NCBI GenBank assembly: GCA_965279035.1
Contig: OZ257142.1
Coordinates: 2,240,001 to 2,304,000 of the forward strand
Source: Bacteroidia bacterium
GTDB lineage: Bacteria; Bacteroidota; Bacteroidia; M30B66
Length of the DNA stretch: 64,000 bases
Reading direction: 5' to 3'
Position numbers and translations under genes: made by a program. Shown here in pieces: positions 19,468-30,670 of the stretch. Positions within the stretch are counted from its first letter, which is position 1. Each line of letters starts with the position of its first letter. The notes beneath the pieces are model-generated. The model was given only the letters and a program-made list of their open reading frames with translations. It was not told where the DNA came from and did no database searches.

Positions 19468-20547
19468 TTAATATTCTATATTGAAATTAACCGTTTTTAC
19501 CGCACGAGTGAGGGTGTTTTCAATTATCACTTCGTTCACTTGGGTTGAATTCTGCTCAAAAACTTCTTCCAAATTAAGAATAGATCCACATGGAATCTGC
19601 ATCGCATGGAATTTTGATGTCCAATATGCTCGTTCCTTTAATTTGAAAACGGGTAAAAATATTTCTGATAATGCTTTTCTATTTTTCACTCTATTGGGAT
19701 TCGAATTAAACCGAACATCTGAATTTAAAGAAACTAATTCCAAACATGTAAGCAGATTTTGAAACTGATGATCATTTCCAATTGCTAAAATGATCCCTTT
19801 TTCATCCTTGCATAAAAACCATTCTCCATACGGAGCAATATTCGGATGCAAAGTTCCTTGAGCTTCAGGAATAACATGACTCATTAAATAATTACTCGCT
19901 TGATTCGCTAATGCACCAATTGCACTTTCCAATAAATTCACACGAACAATACAACCTTTTCCTGTTTTTAGTTTATTGATTAATCCAAGCAATAATCCTT
20001 CTTTCAATTGATGTCCAGCAAGAATATCTATGAATGCAACAGGTAATCGCGCTGGCGAATTTTTATCTCCTGTCATCGATAAATATCCAGCTTCAGCTTG
20101 CAATACAATATCAAATGCAACCCGTGAATTATTTTCTTGAAATGCATCAATTTGTCCAATGAGAAGTTTCGGAAATCGTTGAATTAATTGTTTGGGACTC
20201 AGATTCCAACGGACAGCTGATTGTTCTTTAAAATTGGAAAGAACGATATCGGCCTTTTGAAGATATTGCTCGAGAATTTCAATATCCGTATTAGAATCCA
20301 AATCAAGCATTACGATTTCTTTCCCTTGATTTACAGATGCATAATAGGCAGAGATATTTTGATTATTCTCTGATTTATTTAACCAAGTACGAGTGACATC
20401 ACCGCCTGTTTTTTTGTTTTCAATTTTAATCACCTTCGCTCCACATTCAACAAAGAATAATCCCACCGAAGGACCTGCCAATACGGAAGCTAGTTCTATA
20501 ACGAGCAAGTCTTTGAAAACCGAAAAAGCAGGATTTTCCTTTTCCAT
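19468..20547 (-). CDS. CaiB/BaiF family III CoA-transferase
   Basis: VIELASVLAGP, GAKVIKIE, GGDVTR and HPNIAPY motifs; likely start at 20547. Confidence 0.88.
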   Translation of the reverse strand: MEKENPAFSVFKDLLVIELASVLAGPSVGLFFVECGAKVIKIENKKTGGDVTRTWLNKSENNQNISAYYASVNQGKEIVMLDLDSNTDIEILEQYLQKADIVLSNFKEQSAVRWNLSPKQLIQRFPKLLIGQIDAFQENNSRVAFDIVLQAEAGYLSMTGDKNSPARLPVAFIDILAGHQLKEGLLLGLINKLKTGKGCIVRVNLLESAIGALANQASNYLMSHVIPEAQGTLHPNIAPYGEWFLCKDEKGIILAIGNDHQFQNLLTCLELVSLNSDVRFNSNPNRVKNRKALSEIFLPVFKLKERAYWTSKFHAMQIPCGSILNLEEVFEQNSTQVNEVIIENTLTRAVKTVNFNIEY

Positions 20548-20548
20548 A

Positions 20549-22987
20549 TTAGAATGGATATCCAATTCCAAAATTTAAATTTCCTTGTCCAAGTTTCTGG
20601 TATTTCAAAACCCAACGATCTCCCAGATTTCCTGATGGATCATGCATTTTATATGCGACATCTAAACGAATAATAAAGAAATCAAAATTTAAACGTAATC
20701 CAGTTCCAATACCAACTGCTATTTCTTTATAAAAACGATTTAATTCAAAATCAGCTAATGGTCGTTGATTATCAACTTTTCTCAACCAAATATTTCCAGC
20801 ATCAACAAAAACTGCCCCTTCGAATATCTTGTAAAGCTTAGAACGATATTCCAAATTCCATTCGAGCTTGATATCACCAATTTGATCAAAGCGAACAGTT
20901 GTTGGATTTCGATATCCTCCAGGACCCAATGAACGTGCTATCCATGCCCGATTTCCATTCGCTCCACCACCAAAAAAACTTTTCACAAATGGCATTACGG
21001 TACTATTTCCATAAGGAATTCCTAATCCTACTATACTGCGCATAGCAATGGATGAGCTTTTTCCGAAAAATCGATAATAACGTAAATCAGTATCAAACCG
21101 AAGGTATTGTGAAAATGGAACACCAAATACAATGTATTTATTATTGTCATTCTTAGCTGCATTGGGAAATAATGCGCGCGATGCCCCAAGCACTAATCCT
21201 GAATTTTCAATATTACTTTGAAAGAAAAGGAAATTCTTCATTTCCCCTATTTTTTGTGTATTGTATATAAAGCTATATCGGATAGAAGAAATCAACTGAC
21301 TTTGAAAACTGTTTTTTAGAAATAAATTATTCGATTTATCTAATAAACTGGAGAATTCAGAACCCAGCGTAACATTCACAAAGTTGATTTCAGAAGGATT
21401 AAATGTATTGGTAATTCGAGTTCCCGATTTAGCCGTATAACCAAAAGCCAAATTGAAGATGTTTCTTTTGTAATCGGGACGTTGCTGATAATTGAATGAA
21501 GTAGTAATACTCGTTTTCTGTCCGGTACTGCCCAAGAAATTCATGAATTTTGGAATCTTAGGTAATTTAAATGAAACTACAGGTCCAAGTAAAATGGTAT
21601 TGAAAGGAAGATATTGCTGAATCGTTTGATTTTCTTGATTTACATCTGATATAATACGTTGGACTTCGAGTGTTGTATTTAAACGAAATTCAATTTGTTC
21701 TAATCCTTTAATTAAATTTCTGTTCGACCAAATAAAATCCCCAGAAACCCCTAAATCGCCTGCTTTATTTGTTCCTTGAGTTTGAATTGTAAATGCATTT
21801 CGTTTATATGGACTTATTTGAATTTCACAATCGAGCAAGCCCAATGTGTCGTTTTTCACTTGTTTAAATTGGATGTTTATGAATTTAAACGATTTATATT
21901 CTGAAATTCTTCGATAGGATTTATCAGCTTCCTTTTTACTATATAAATCTCCTCGGTTTATAGTTATAGCTGGTTTTATTGCTCGTGGTCTAAACTTAAG
22001 TTTACCTTCTGTTACATAATGTATATTATCAAAAAATAAAGTATCGGGCGATTCTGATGAATCGCGTCTCAAACTATAATCTGCAAAAACATATATATTA
22101 TTGATTTTATATCGTGTGTGAGGAAGGCTTATCGTACTGTCGACATACCCTGAAATCCTTTTCAATGGATTCGCAATGTCGAGTGTAATATTTACTTGAT
22201 GAGTATTTAATGAACTATCTGCTTTATAGGTTATATAATTTTTTACAAAAGCAAAGTAGCCTTCATTCTTCAGTAAATCAGTGATTCGAACTCGTTCCAA
22301 TTCTAATTCATCCGTATTATATAGACTTCCTGGTTTAATTAAGCAGCGCCCTTTGTCGTTTAAAACCAAACTTTTTATCGTTTCGTCTTCTATATCATAT
22401 TCTATCGATTTGATTGAATATGGAGTTCCAGCATTTATTTTGAAATAAGCATTTTTCATTTGCTTTCGGCCCTTTTGCAAACCAACCGAATCAGTCACAA
22501 TAGCATTGAAATATCCATGATTCTTTAGAAACAATTCAATTTGCTTTGAAGATCGATTTGTAATTGCAGTATCTAAAATGACCGGAGCTTCACCAACATT
22601 TAAGCGCCATTTTGATAAACTCAATGGCTCTTCATTTTTTTGTTTTTTTCCTTGAGCTTTCCGAGTTTCATTTAAGAGTTTTCTTTTCTCAAGTCGTTTC
22701 TCATACTTGGGAATAAACTTTTTTTGATTCACCGTATTGTAAATCCATAAATGAAAACGCCAAAACCCAACAATTTTCCGATTCGGTTTTTGACGTACAT
22801 ATGGCAATAATTCAGAATCAAGTATTCGTGTTTTATTATTTAAAATGATGTTCCGATTGAGTAAGTATTGATCTTTTTGCAGCTTACGTGTGGGATTACA
22901 TGCACTTAGAATGCAGATTACCAATAGAAACAACGTTCCGGAAATCATCCCCTTTGATGGGCTATACGTGGAAAACCGGTTTTGCAT
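20549..22987 (-). CDS. Omp85/TamA-like (TamL-type) outer-membrane lipoprotein with POTRA domains
   Basis: Lipobox ILSAC, GYF POTRA repeats, FFGGGANGNRAW, FVDAGNIW and C-terminal GIGYPF. Start uncertain (22987 or 22948). Confidence 0.85.
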   Translation of the reverse strand: MQNRFSTYSPSKGMISGTLFLLVICILSACNPTRKLQKDQYLLNRNIILNNKTRILDSELLPYVRQKPNRKIVGFWRFHLWIYNTVNQKKFIPKYEKRLEKRKLLNETRKAQGKKQKNEEPLSLSKWRLNVGEAPVILDTAITNRSSKQIELFLKNHGYFNAIVTDSVGLQKGRKQMKNAYFKINAGTPYSIKSIEYDIEDETIKSLVLNDKGRCLIKPGSLYNTDELELERVRITDLLKNEGYFAFVKNYITYKADSSLNTHQVNITLDIANPLKRISGYVDSTISLPHTRYKINNIYVFADYSLRRDSSESPDTLFFDNIHYVTEGKLKFRPRAIKPAITINRGDLYSKKEADKSYRRISEYKSFKFINIQFKQVKNDTLGLLDCEIQISPYKRNAFTIQTQGTNKAGDLGVSGDFIWSNRNLIKGLEQIEFRLNTTLEVQRIISDVNQENQTIQQYLPFNTILLGPVVSFKLPKIPKFMNFLGSTGQKTSITTSFNYQQRPDYKRNIFNLAFGYTAKSGTRITNTFNPSEINFVNVTLGSEFSSLLDKSNNLFLKNSFQSQLISSIRYSFIYNTQKIGEMKNFLFFQSNIENSGLVLGASRALFPNAAKNDNNKYIVFGVPFSQYLRFDTDLRYYRFFGKSSSIAMRSIVGLGIPYGNSTVMPFVKSFFGGGANGNRAWIARSLGPGGYRNPTTVRFDQIGDIKLEWNLEYRSKLYKIFEGAVFVDAGNIWLRKVDNQRPLADFELNRFYKEIAVGIGTGLRLNFDFFIIRLDVAYKMHDPSGNLGDRWVLKYQKLGQGNLNFGIGYPF

Positions 22988-23033
22988 TCGCTCTTTGTGG
23001 TACTTTAGCTGGCTCAAAAATAAGGGCTTTTCT

Positions 23034-23822
23034 ATGCTGGGCAAAAATAGACTTCGTGAACTACAGCAATTACATCAAAAGAAATTCAGAGAAGAACAGA
23101 AAATGTTCCTAGCCGAAGGCGCTAAGATCGTTCCTGAATTGCTTCAATCTGAATTTCCAGTAAAAGAAGTTTTTGCTTTAGATTTTTGGCTTACCAACAA
23201 CCATGCACTTATCCAAATGGCTGGTTGTAAAGCCACTGAAATCACCCAACAAGAATTAGAAAAACTGAGTCAACTTCAAAGCCCGCAGGAAGTAATTGCA
23301 TTATGTGAAACGCCTCAACAAAAGTTGAATGATTTGAAATCGGGACAATTGGCTCTGCTGCTGGATTCTATTCGTGATCCCGGAAACATGGGAACCTTAT
23401 TGCGATTAGCCGATTGGTTTGGACTAGATGCCGTATACGCCACCAACGATTGCGTGGAATGGACCAATCCCAAAGTCATTCAAGCTACGATGGGTTCCTT
23501 TATCCGAATTCAACCTATTTATGTAGATGCAGAAGTGTTGCTTTCACCATTGAAAGGGAAATTTCCGGTTTATGCAGCCGATTTAGATGGAGAAAATCTA
23601 TACACTAGCACCTACACTGCCGAAGGAATTCTCATTATTAGTAACGAAGCTCATGGATTGAATCCCATTTTAGAAAACTATCTAAGTGGAAAAATTCATA
23701 TTCCTGCATTTCCACGAAATGGGAAACAACCTGAATCGCTCAATGCTGCTATGGCTGGGGCTATTGTTTTAGGGGAATTTAGTCGACGAAGACTTTTAAC
23801 CCGAAATCAAGAAAAGGCATAA
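23034..23822 (+). CDS. TrmH/SpoU-family RNA 2'-O-methyltransferase
   Basis: IRDPGNMGTLLR, SNEAHG and ESLNAAMA motifs; likely start MLGKNR at 23034. Confidence 0.9.
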   Translation: MLGKNRLRELQQLHQKKFREEQKMFLAEGAKIVPELLQSEFPVKEVFALDFWLTNNHALIQMAGCKATEITQQELEKLSQLQSPQEVIALCETPQQKLNDLKSGQLALLLDSIRDPGNMGTLLRLADWFGLDAVYATNDCVEWTNPKVIQATMGSFIRIQPIYVDAEVLLSPLKGKFPVYAADLDGENLYTSTYTAEGILIISNEAHGLNPILENYLSGKIHIPAFPRNGKQPESLNAAMAGAIVLGEFSRRRLLTRNQEKA

Positions 23823-23832
23823 TTTTGCAGCA

Positions 23833-24870
23833 ATGTACAAAGGCTTTATTCGTCCCTTTCTTTTCTTATTCTCTGCAGAAAAAGCTCATACAATCTCCGT
23901 TGCAAGTTTCAAATTGCTTCTTTGGATTCCCGGTATGGAAGGTATCATTCGTTGGTATTCTCATGGATTTTCGAGGAATCTTCGATTCGATAAAAAAGGA
24001 CTTCGTTTTCCAAATCGTATTGGACTAGCCGCTGGGTTTGATAAAAATGCCACTTTTTACAAGCAGTTTCGGCACCTTGGTTTTGGATTTATTGAGGTTG
24101 GAACTGTAACTCCATTAGCTCAACCCGGAAATCCCAAACCACGTTTGTTTCGATTGAAAGCTGATGAGGCAATCATTAACCGAATGGGTTTCAATAATGA
24201 AGGGGTAGAAGCCATGGTGAAACGATTGAAAAAACGCCCAGAAGGACTGATCGTAGGAGGAAACATCGGAAAAAATAAAAATACACCAAACGAAAATGCA
24301 GTTAATGACTACTTAATTTGTTTCAGAGCACTTCAGCCGTATGTTGATTATTTTGCTGTCAATGTGAGTTCTCCCAACACGCCAGGATTAAGGGCTTTGC
24401 AGGAAAAGGAACCATTAAAAGCTTTGCTCAAAGCCATTCAAGAAGAAGCTCGACATTTGGGTGCAAATCAACCGGTGCTTTTAAAAATTGCTCCCGATTT
24501 AAGTCAGGAGGAATTGGCTGATATTGTTGAAATTATTCATGAATGCGAACTAGCAGGTGTCATTGCTACTAATACAACAATTTCCAGAGAACATTTAGTG
24601 ACTTCAGCAGAAAAAATAAAAGAAATAGGTGCAGGAGGATTAAGTGGGAAACCTGTTAAATTAAGGTCAACGGAAGTAATTCGGTTTTTACGTGAACAAT
24701 TAGGTCCAGAACCACTTATCATTGGAGTAGGAGGGATCCATTCGGCAACTGATGCATTAGAAAAAATTGAAAACGGAGCGGATCTCATTCAATTATACAC
24801 AGGTTTTATTTATGAAGGTCCATCCTTAATTCGTTCCATTCATCAAAAATTAGATCAACTCAACGCATGA
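23833..24870 (+). CDS. pyrD: quinone-dependent dihydroorotate dehydrogenase
   Basis: GLAAGFDKN, NRMGFNN, NVSSPNTPGLR, KIAPD and GGLSG motifs. Confidence 0.96.
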   Translation: MYKGFIRPFLFLFSAEKAHTISVASFKLLLWIPGMEGIIRWYSHGFSRNLRFDKKGLRFPNRIGLAAGFDKNATFYKQFRHLGFGFIEVGTVTPLAQPGNPKPRLFRLKADEAIINRMGFNNEGVEAMVKRLKKRPEGLIVGGNIGKNKNTPNENAVNDYLICFRALQPYVDYFAVNVSSPNTPGLRALQEKEPLKALLKAIQEEARHLGANQPVLLKIAPDLSQEELADIVEIIHECELAGVIATNTTISREHLVTSAEKIKEIGAGGLSGKPVKLRSTEVIRFLREQLGPEPLIIGVGGIHSATDALEKIENGADLIQLYTGFIYEGPSLIRSIHQKLDQLNA

Positions 24871-25724
24871 TACACATTACCGAATGTCCGCGTGATGCGA
24901 TGCAAGGCATTCATACATTTATTCCTACAAATGAGAAGATTAGTTATCTTCAAAAACTGCTTGCTGTTGGTTTTCCCGTGTTGGATGCAGGAAGTTTCGT
25001 TTCCCCTAAAGCCATTCCTCAGTTAGCAGATACAAGGGAAGTATTTGATGCTTTGGATATGAGTGTATCAAAGACAAAAATATTGGCCATTGTTGCTAAT
25101 CAGCGTGGTGCAGAAGAAGCGTCATCTGTTGAAAAAGTGAGCTATTTGGGTTTCCCTTTTTCAGTGTCCGAAACATTTCAACAACGTAATACCAATTCAT
25201 CCATTCTTCAATCACTTGAACGGGTTGAGCATATTCTTGAAATTTGTGATAAGAATAAAAAAGAGCTCATCGTTTATCTGTCAATGGCATTTGGAAATCC
25301 CTATGGAGATCCTTGGTCGCCCGAATGGGTTGCTGAATGGGCGCAAAAGCTTGAAAATATCGGTGTAAAACATCTTTCCTTAGCCGATACAACAGGAATT
25401 TCGGATGAAGAAACAATCTCATCACTATTCAAAACAATTGTCCCCAAACTTCAACAAGCAACATTATCTGTTCATTTACATACTTTGCCTGGTGATGTTG
25501 CTTTAAAAGCTGAAGCAGCCTACAATGCTGGATGTACACGTTTCGATACAGCCATGAAAGGCTTTGGTGGATGTCCTATGGCAAGTGATTCTCTTACAGG
25601 AAATATGGCAACCGAAGTATTGAATCTTTGGGCTTCCTCAAAAAATATTGAAACCGGAATAAATCAAAATGCGTTTTTAGAAGCTGAAAATGCTGCGTCG
25701 TTTTTATTTGCGCGTTATCTTTAA
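24867..25724 (+). CDS. hydroxymethylglutaryl-CoA lyase family protein
   Basis: ECPRDAMQG, SFVSPKAIPQLAD, HLH, GGCP and GNMATE motifs. Confidence 0.88.
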   Translation: MIHITECPRDAMQGIHTFIPTNEKISYLQKLLAVGFPVLDAGSFVSPKAIPQLADTREVFDALDMSVSKTKILAIVANQRGAEEASSVEKVSYLGFPFSVSETFQQRNTNSSILQSLERVEHILEICDKNKKELIVYLSMAFGNPYGDPWSPEWVAEWAQKLENIGVKHLSLADTTGISDEETISSLFKTIVPKLQQATLSVHLHTLPGDVALKAEAAYNAGCTRFDTAMKGFGGCPMASDSLTGNMATEVLNLWASSKNIETGINQNAFLEAENAASFLFARYL

Positions 25725-25751
25725 AGAATTTTTAAAATTTATCACAAGCAC

Positions 25752-28700
25752 ATGCGAATTCGTTTTCTAATCAATAGTTTGTTCATTTTTCTTGTTTCTT
25801 TCAATCTAAAAGGACAATCTACCAATTCGGATTTTCATTCGGGGCAACTTTTTGTGAAGATGAAGGAAGAATTTCCAAGAGCAATCTCCATTGAAAGTCC
25901 TAAGGATATTCAACAATTTTTTCAAGCCTATCAATCGGAATTTGGAATTACACATGTTAAATCAACTTTTTGGTTTTCAAAAACAGCTAGCAACCGCATC
26001 GTTCGTGTTTATTTCAATCCAAATACAAACGTTGATTTATTCATCAAAAACTTGGAATCCTCTGGAAAAGTGGAGTATGCTGAGCGAATTCCAATTTCAA
26101 AACATCATTTCACCCCTAACGATTTAGGTTCTAATTCTACCATTGCGGGTGGACAGTGGTACATGTATAAAATTCATGCACCCGAAGCTTGGGATGTTCA
26201 AACTGCATCTAATACAGTAGTTGTAGCTGTTGTTGATGATGCAATTCAAGTTACTCATTCCGAATTACAAGGTGTTGCATTAACAGGATATGATGTTGCA
26301 GATTTTGATTTTGATGTGAGTCCTCCCGATGCAACATGGGATCATGGAACACACATAGCAGGATTAATTGCTGCCAAAACGAATAATGGAAACGGGATGG
26401 CTTCATTGGCTTATGGAGTTAAAATCCTACCTATTAAAATTACAACCAATACAGATCCTAATACCATTGTTTCTGAGTATGAGGGCGTTTCTTATGCCAT
26501 TGAGCATGGAGCAAATGTGATAAATATGAGTTGGGGATCACATGTTTCTTCCCAAACAGGATTGGCGATTATGACAGATGCATACAATGCTGGAATTACT
26601 TTGGTTGCTTCCGCTGGAAATGAAGGGACATCTGTAATAAATTATCCTGCAGGTTTTCCACATGTAATCAGTGTTGCCTCTACCAATAATATTGATGTTC
26701 GTTCTACTTTTTCGAGTTATGGTGGTTGGGTTGATATTTCTGCTCCGGGTTCTCAAATATGGTCGCTTGCACCCAATGATGGAACTGCAATAAAAAACGG
26801 GACTTCTTTTGCAGCTCCATTAGTTGCTGCAACAGCGGCATTACTAAAATCCGCTAATCCATTGTTGAGTCAAGATGAAATTGAAAATTGTATTATTTCC
26901 TCAGCCGATAATATTGAAATATTTAACCCCAATTATTTTAACCAATTAGGCTCAGGTCGATTGAATGTAATAGAAGCTCTCAATTGTTTAAATGCCAATG
27001 CAGCAGATATCAATGCATGGCTCGACAAAGTTGTATCACCTGCTACAAGCATTTGTGAAACGAATACAACACCAGTAATTCGCGTTGTTAATTCGGGACT
27101 TGACACTATTCAATCGATGACCATTGCTTGGAAACTCGATAATGGATTCACGAATTATTATACTTGGAATGGTGAAATTCAACATGGATTTTCAGAGAAT
27201 ATCATCTTACCTAATATTAATGTTGCACCCGGTCAACATGTTTTGCAAGTAAATATTCTGAATGCGATTAATACCAATCAACACGATGCGTTCATGCAAA
27301 ATAATGTGTTGGTTTATTCATTTCATGTTTTAGGAAATACGGGCGTTCAATTACCATTTTCAGAAAACTTCGAATCGGGTTCTTTTAACACAAACAATTG
27401 GGTAGTAGAAGATCAAGGTGGTTTTGCAACATGGGAAATTGCCGCTACATTAGGTACAAGTCCTGGAAATAAATCGGCTCGAATCCCATATTTTACTGAT
27501 TTTTCAACTGGAAATCGAGATTATTTAGTTAGCCAAACACTCAATTTTACTGGATATTCTGCTATCAGTATGACATTTAAATATGCGTATCAGCAACGCA
27601 TACCTGGTATCACCGATTCACTTATAGTATCTATTTCTTCCGATTGCGGAAATACCTGGAACCGTTTATGGCAACGTGGTGAAAATGATGCGTATAGTTT
27701 TGCTACTACACCTTATACGGGCTCTTATTTTAGTCCTCAATTTTCGGATGATTGGTGCGGAAATCTTGTAACCAATACAACGTGTGGTACTATTAATTTA
27801 ACTGCTTTTGCAGGAATGACAGGTGTTCGTATCCGCTTTGAAGGTTATAGCAGAGCTGGTAATAATATCTATATTGATAATATTAATATCACCGGAACTT
27901 CGAGTAATCAAGCACCTGTAGCCGATTTTAATGCGAATGGAAATTTACAATCGTGTCAAAATAGCACTGTTGTTTTCACAAATAATAGTTTGAATAATCC
28001 AACTACTTATTCGTGGTTGTTTGAAAATGGAACACCTGCAACGTCCAATCAATTTTCACCACAGGTTTCTTGGGATACTGTTGGAACTTTTGATGTTCGT
28101 TTAATTGCAAGTAATGCAACTGGTTCGGACACGCTTTTATTGAACGACTACATTCAGATTTTACCTAATCCAGTTATAAGCATTCAAAGTTCACAAGATT
28201 CAATTTGTGTTGGATTACAAATTCAATTAGAAGCTCAAGGAGGTTCACTGTATTTATGGAATGCATCTACTGGTTTGGCTTCAACAGATTCTTCCATCGT
28301 TCACGTAATTCCTTCAGGAAATACTACCTATGTTGTTTTTGGAGCATCAAGCAATGGATGTATTAGTAGTGCACAAAAAACAATCACTACATTAAGTCCA
28401 CCTTCACCACCAGTAATAACATTGAACAATCTCACATTGGTTTCTCCAACTGCCCAATCCTATATTTGGTATATCAATGGATTGGAAATTGAAAATTCAA
28501 ATTCAGCTACTTGGGATCCGATTTTAAATGGGAATTACAATGTTCGAATCTATGATCAATATGGTTGTACGGCAATTTCATCAATCTATAATGTGAATTG
28601 GGTTGGCATACATGAAATTAATCAAAAGCAAATCATCTATTCTCCTAATCCAGCTAACAAAAGTGTATTTATCCAATCCGAATCGCTTGTTAAAGACTTT

Positions 28701-28856
28701 CAGATTTTTTCAGTTTCGGGGCAGATAATCCTAAATAAAAGCATTCAGGCATATTCAACTTCAATCAATACTGAAGAAATTCCGAGTGGATTTTATTTCA
28801 TCCGTTTTCGCACTTTGGATGGAGATCAAACACGAAGGCTAGTAATTGCACATTAA
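25752..28856 (+). CDS. S8 subtilisin-like protease with PKD domain and T9SS CTD
   Basis: VAVVDD, DHGTHIAG, ASAGN and NGTSFAAP catalytic motifs; PKD (APVADF...YSWLF); YSPNP...GFYF CTD. Confidence 0.9.
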   Translation: MRIRFLINSLFIFLVSFNLKGQSTNSDFHSGQLFVKMKEEFPRAISIESPKDIQQFFQAYQSEFGITHVKSTFWFSKTASNRIVRVYFNPNTNVDLFIKNLESSGKVEYAERIPISKHHFTPNDLGSNSTIAGGQWYMYKIHAPEAWDVQTASNTVVVAVVDDAIQVTHSELQGVALTGYDVADFDFDVSPPDATWDHGTHIAGLIAAKTNNGNGMASLAYGVKILPIKITTNTDPNTIVSEYEGVSYAIEHGANVINMSWGSHVSSQTGLAIMTDAYNAGITLVASAGNEGTSVINYPAGFPHVISVASTNNIDVRSTFSSYGGWVDISAPGSQIWSLAPNDGTAIKNGTSFAAPLVAATAALLKSANPLLSQDEIENCIISSADNIEIFNPNYFNQLGSGRLNVIEALNCLNANAADINAWLDKVVSPATSICETNTTPVIRVVNSGLDTIQSMTIAWKLDNGFTNYYTWNGEIQHGFSENIILPNINVAPGQHVLQVNILNAINTNQHDAFMQNNVLVYSFHVLGNTGVQLPFSENFESGSFNTNNWVVEDQGGFATWEIAATLGTSPGNKSARIPYFTDFSTGNRDYLVSQTLNFTGYSAISMTFKYAYQQRIPGITDSLIVSISSDCGNTWNRLWQRGENDAYSFATTPYTGSYFSPQFSDDWCGNLVTNTTCGTINLTAFAGMTGVRIRFEGYSRAGNNIYIDNINITGTSSNQAPVADFNANGNLQSCQNSTVVFTNNSLNNPTTYSWLFENGTPATSNQFSPQVSWDTVGTFDVRLIASNATGSDTLLLNDYIQILPNPVISIQSSQDSICVGLQIQLEAQGGSLYLWNASTGLASTDSSIVHVIPSGNTTYVVFGASSNGCISSAQKTITTLSPPSPPVITLNNLTLVSPTAQSYIWYINGLEIENSNSATWDPILNGNYNVRIYDQYGCTAISSIYNVNWVGIHEINQKQIIYSPNPANKSVFIQSESLVKDFQIFSVSGQIILNKSIQAYSTSINTEEIPSGFYFIRFRTLDGDQTRRLVIAH

Positions 28857-28870
28857 TAAAGAAGATACAT

Positions 28871-30028
28871 TTAGCCTTTTGATTCTTCAGCAAGAACCAT
28901 TTCGGCTACTTCTTTTCCGATTAATGAGCCAATGGCTACACCCATTCCACCCATTCGTACTGCACAAAAAACTCCTTTTCTTATTTTTTGAATGATGGGT
29001 AATCGGGTTTCTCCTAAGCCCAATGTTCCAGCCCATCGTTGATCAACTACAAATTCATTTTCAGGTAAAATGACTTCACTCAAGTAACGATCGAGTTGCG
29101 ATTGAATGAGCTCAGTAGTTTCATGAGAATAGGTCGTTTCACCAGCAAAATCGCTGTTTCTTCCACCGCCAAACAAGACTCTATTTCCAACATTTCTGAA
29201 ATAATAGTAGCCTTCTTCCATGTGAAAACAGCCCTTAATTTTCAAATTTTCAATTGGTTGAGTAATCAAAACCTGAGCTCTTCCCGGTTTTACATCGAGC
29301 TCTGGAAGTAATTGTTTAGCAAATCCATTCGTGCAGACTACTAAATGTTTGCAGGATAGTTTTCCCAATTGATCCGTCATGATCTCAACTCCTGCTGATG
29401 ATTCATCGATGGAAAGAACATTGATTCCATTCAGAATATGAGTTCCTTGGTTCTGCACTTTCAATAATAGTGCATCCATCATACTTCCGGTATCAATTTG
29501 TCCTTCTGCTTTATTTAGAATTAAGTGTTGAACTCCTTTAAAACCAAATTCGGCAATACGCTCATCGGCTTTTACAAAAACTTCATCGATTCCAATGCTA
29601 TTTTTTAATAGGCTATTAACGCGATGAAGTATCTGAATACTTCGTTGATATAGTTCTTCTTGCTTTTTGGTGAATACTTCGAAGCTTCCAAATTCTTCGT
29701 ATTTCAACTGCACATCTCCTAAAGTAGATCGCAAAAGTTGAAGTCCATTCCACCGCATTTTAATCAATGAAATCACTTCTTCTTCTTGAAGAATCTCTAA
29801 ATCAGCAGCGATTTCACTTAAACTTCCGAAACACGAAAATCCGGCATTTTTAGTACTAGCTCCACTGGGTAAAATACCTCGTTCGAGGATAAGAATTTTA
29901 AGTGCAGGATTCAGTTTTTTTAGATTATAGGCGGCACTTAATCCCACAATTCCAGAACCTATGATGATGAGATCATTACTTAACCATGTTTGTTTTTCCC
30001 AAAAACTGGTCAACGAAGAATGTATCAT
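28871..30028 (-). CDS. FAD-dependent oxidoreductase (DAO/PuuB-like)
   Basis: IIGSGIVG Rossmann motif, GASTKNAG and GGMGVAIG. Confidence 0.85.
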   Translation of the reverse strand: MIHSSLTSFWEKQTWLSNDLIIIGSGIVGLSAAYNLKKLNPALKILILERGILPSGASTKNAGFSCFGSLSEIAADLEILQEEEVISLIKMRWNGLQLLRSTLGDVQLKYEEFGSFEVFTKKQEELYQRSIQILHRVNSLLKNSIGIDEVFVKADERIAEFGFKGVQHLILNKAEGQIDTGSMMDALLLKVQNQGTHILNGINVLSIDESSAGVEIMTDQLGKLSCKHLVVCTNGFAKQLLPELDVKPGRAQVLITQPIENLKIKGCFHMEEGYYYFRNVGNRVLFGGGRNSDFAGETTYSHETTELIQSQLDRYLSEVILPENEFVVDQRWAGTLGLGETRLPIIQKIRKGVFCAVRMGGMGVAIGSLIGKEVAEMVLAEESKG

Positions 30029-30055
30029 ACACAGGATTTTATTTCAAATAAAAGC

Positions 30056-30083
30056 AAAAAAAATCCCGCCGAAGCAGGATTTT
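30056..30083 (-). terminator. intrinsic terminator
   Basis: aaaatcccgc-cgaa-gcaggatttt with an A-run on the left (U-tract on the - strand). Confidence 0.6.
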
Positions 30084-30100
30084 AAATCGCAAAAAAAATA

Positions 30101-30670
30101 TTAACGACGAACTCGTTGTTTAGCCAATCGTTGGTTTGATGTAGTGAAATAATGAAACAAACCAAAGAAAAGGAAAGAATAAAAAAGATTGCCTAAAAGG
30201 TTGTACCCAAAAAATGGAATTCCTAATTCGTAAGTAGCTAACAAACCAGCTCCTGTTTTTGGAAGTGTATTGATCATCCAATCTCCAAAATTCGAAATGA
30301 CAAAAAACACAATAGCACTTAATAATGAAGCACCGGCAAGGTTTCCCCAACTTTGACGATTTCGCATCCCAAAGCCAATGAATGTCATGAGGATAAAACT
30401 CAAGTATATTAATGCAGTGGAAGGGGAAGTGAAAAATTCTCCTAGACTAATCCATCGGTAATTGATGAATGTAATGGTCAAAATATCACTTATAAATAGT
30501 GCTATCAACGGAATGATAAATCCCATCAAGCGATTGCTAATAAGCGCTCCACCCATTAAGGCAATGGCAGCCATGGGAGTGAAATTCGGCCAGTGTGGAA
30601 TTAATCGAAATACTGCCGCTACTGCTATAGCAGAAAGGACAATGATCAGTTTGGGTTGAAGTATTTTCAT
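30101..30670 (-). CDS. DUF6580-family putative transporter (S-component/BtuM-like)
   Basis: RLIPHWPNFTP, SD, FFVISNFG.W and GIPFF motifs; about 6 TM segments in 189 aa. Confidence 0.7.
   Translation of the reverse strand: MKILQPKLIIVLSAIAVAAVFRLIPHWPNFTPMAAIALMGGALISNRLMGFIIPLIALFISDILTITFINYRWISLGEFFTSPSTALIYLSFILMTFIGFGMRNRQSWGNLAGASLLSAIVFFVISNFGDWMINTLPKTGAGLLATYELGIPFFGYNLLGNLFYSFLFFGLFHYFTTSNQRLAKQRVRR

Noticed and set aside
22890-23044. apparent head-to-head overlap of the TamA-like and TrmH ORFs
   Set aside because: Artefact of longest-ORF starts. The plausible starts (22987 or 22948, and 23034) do not overlap.
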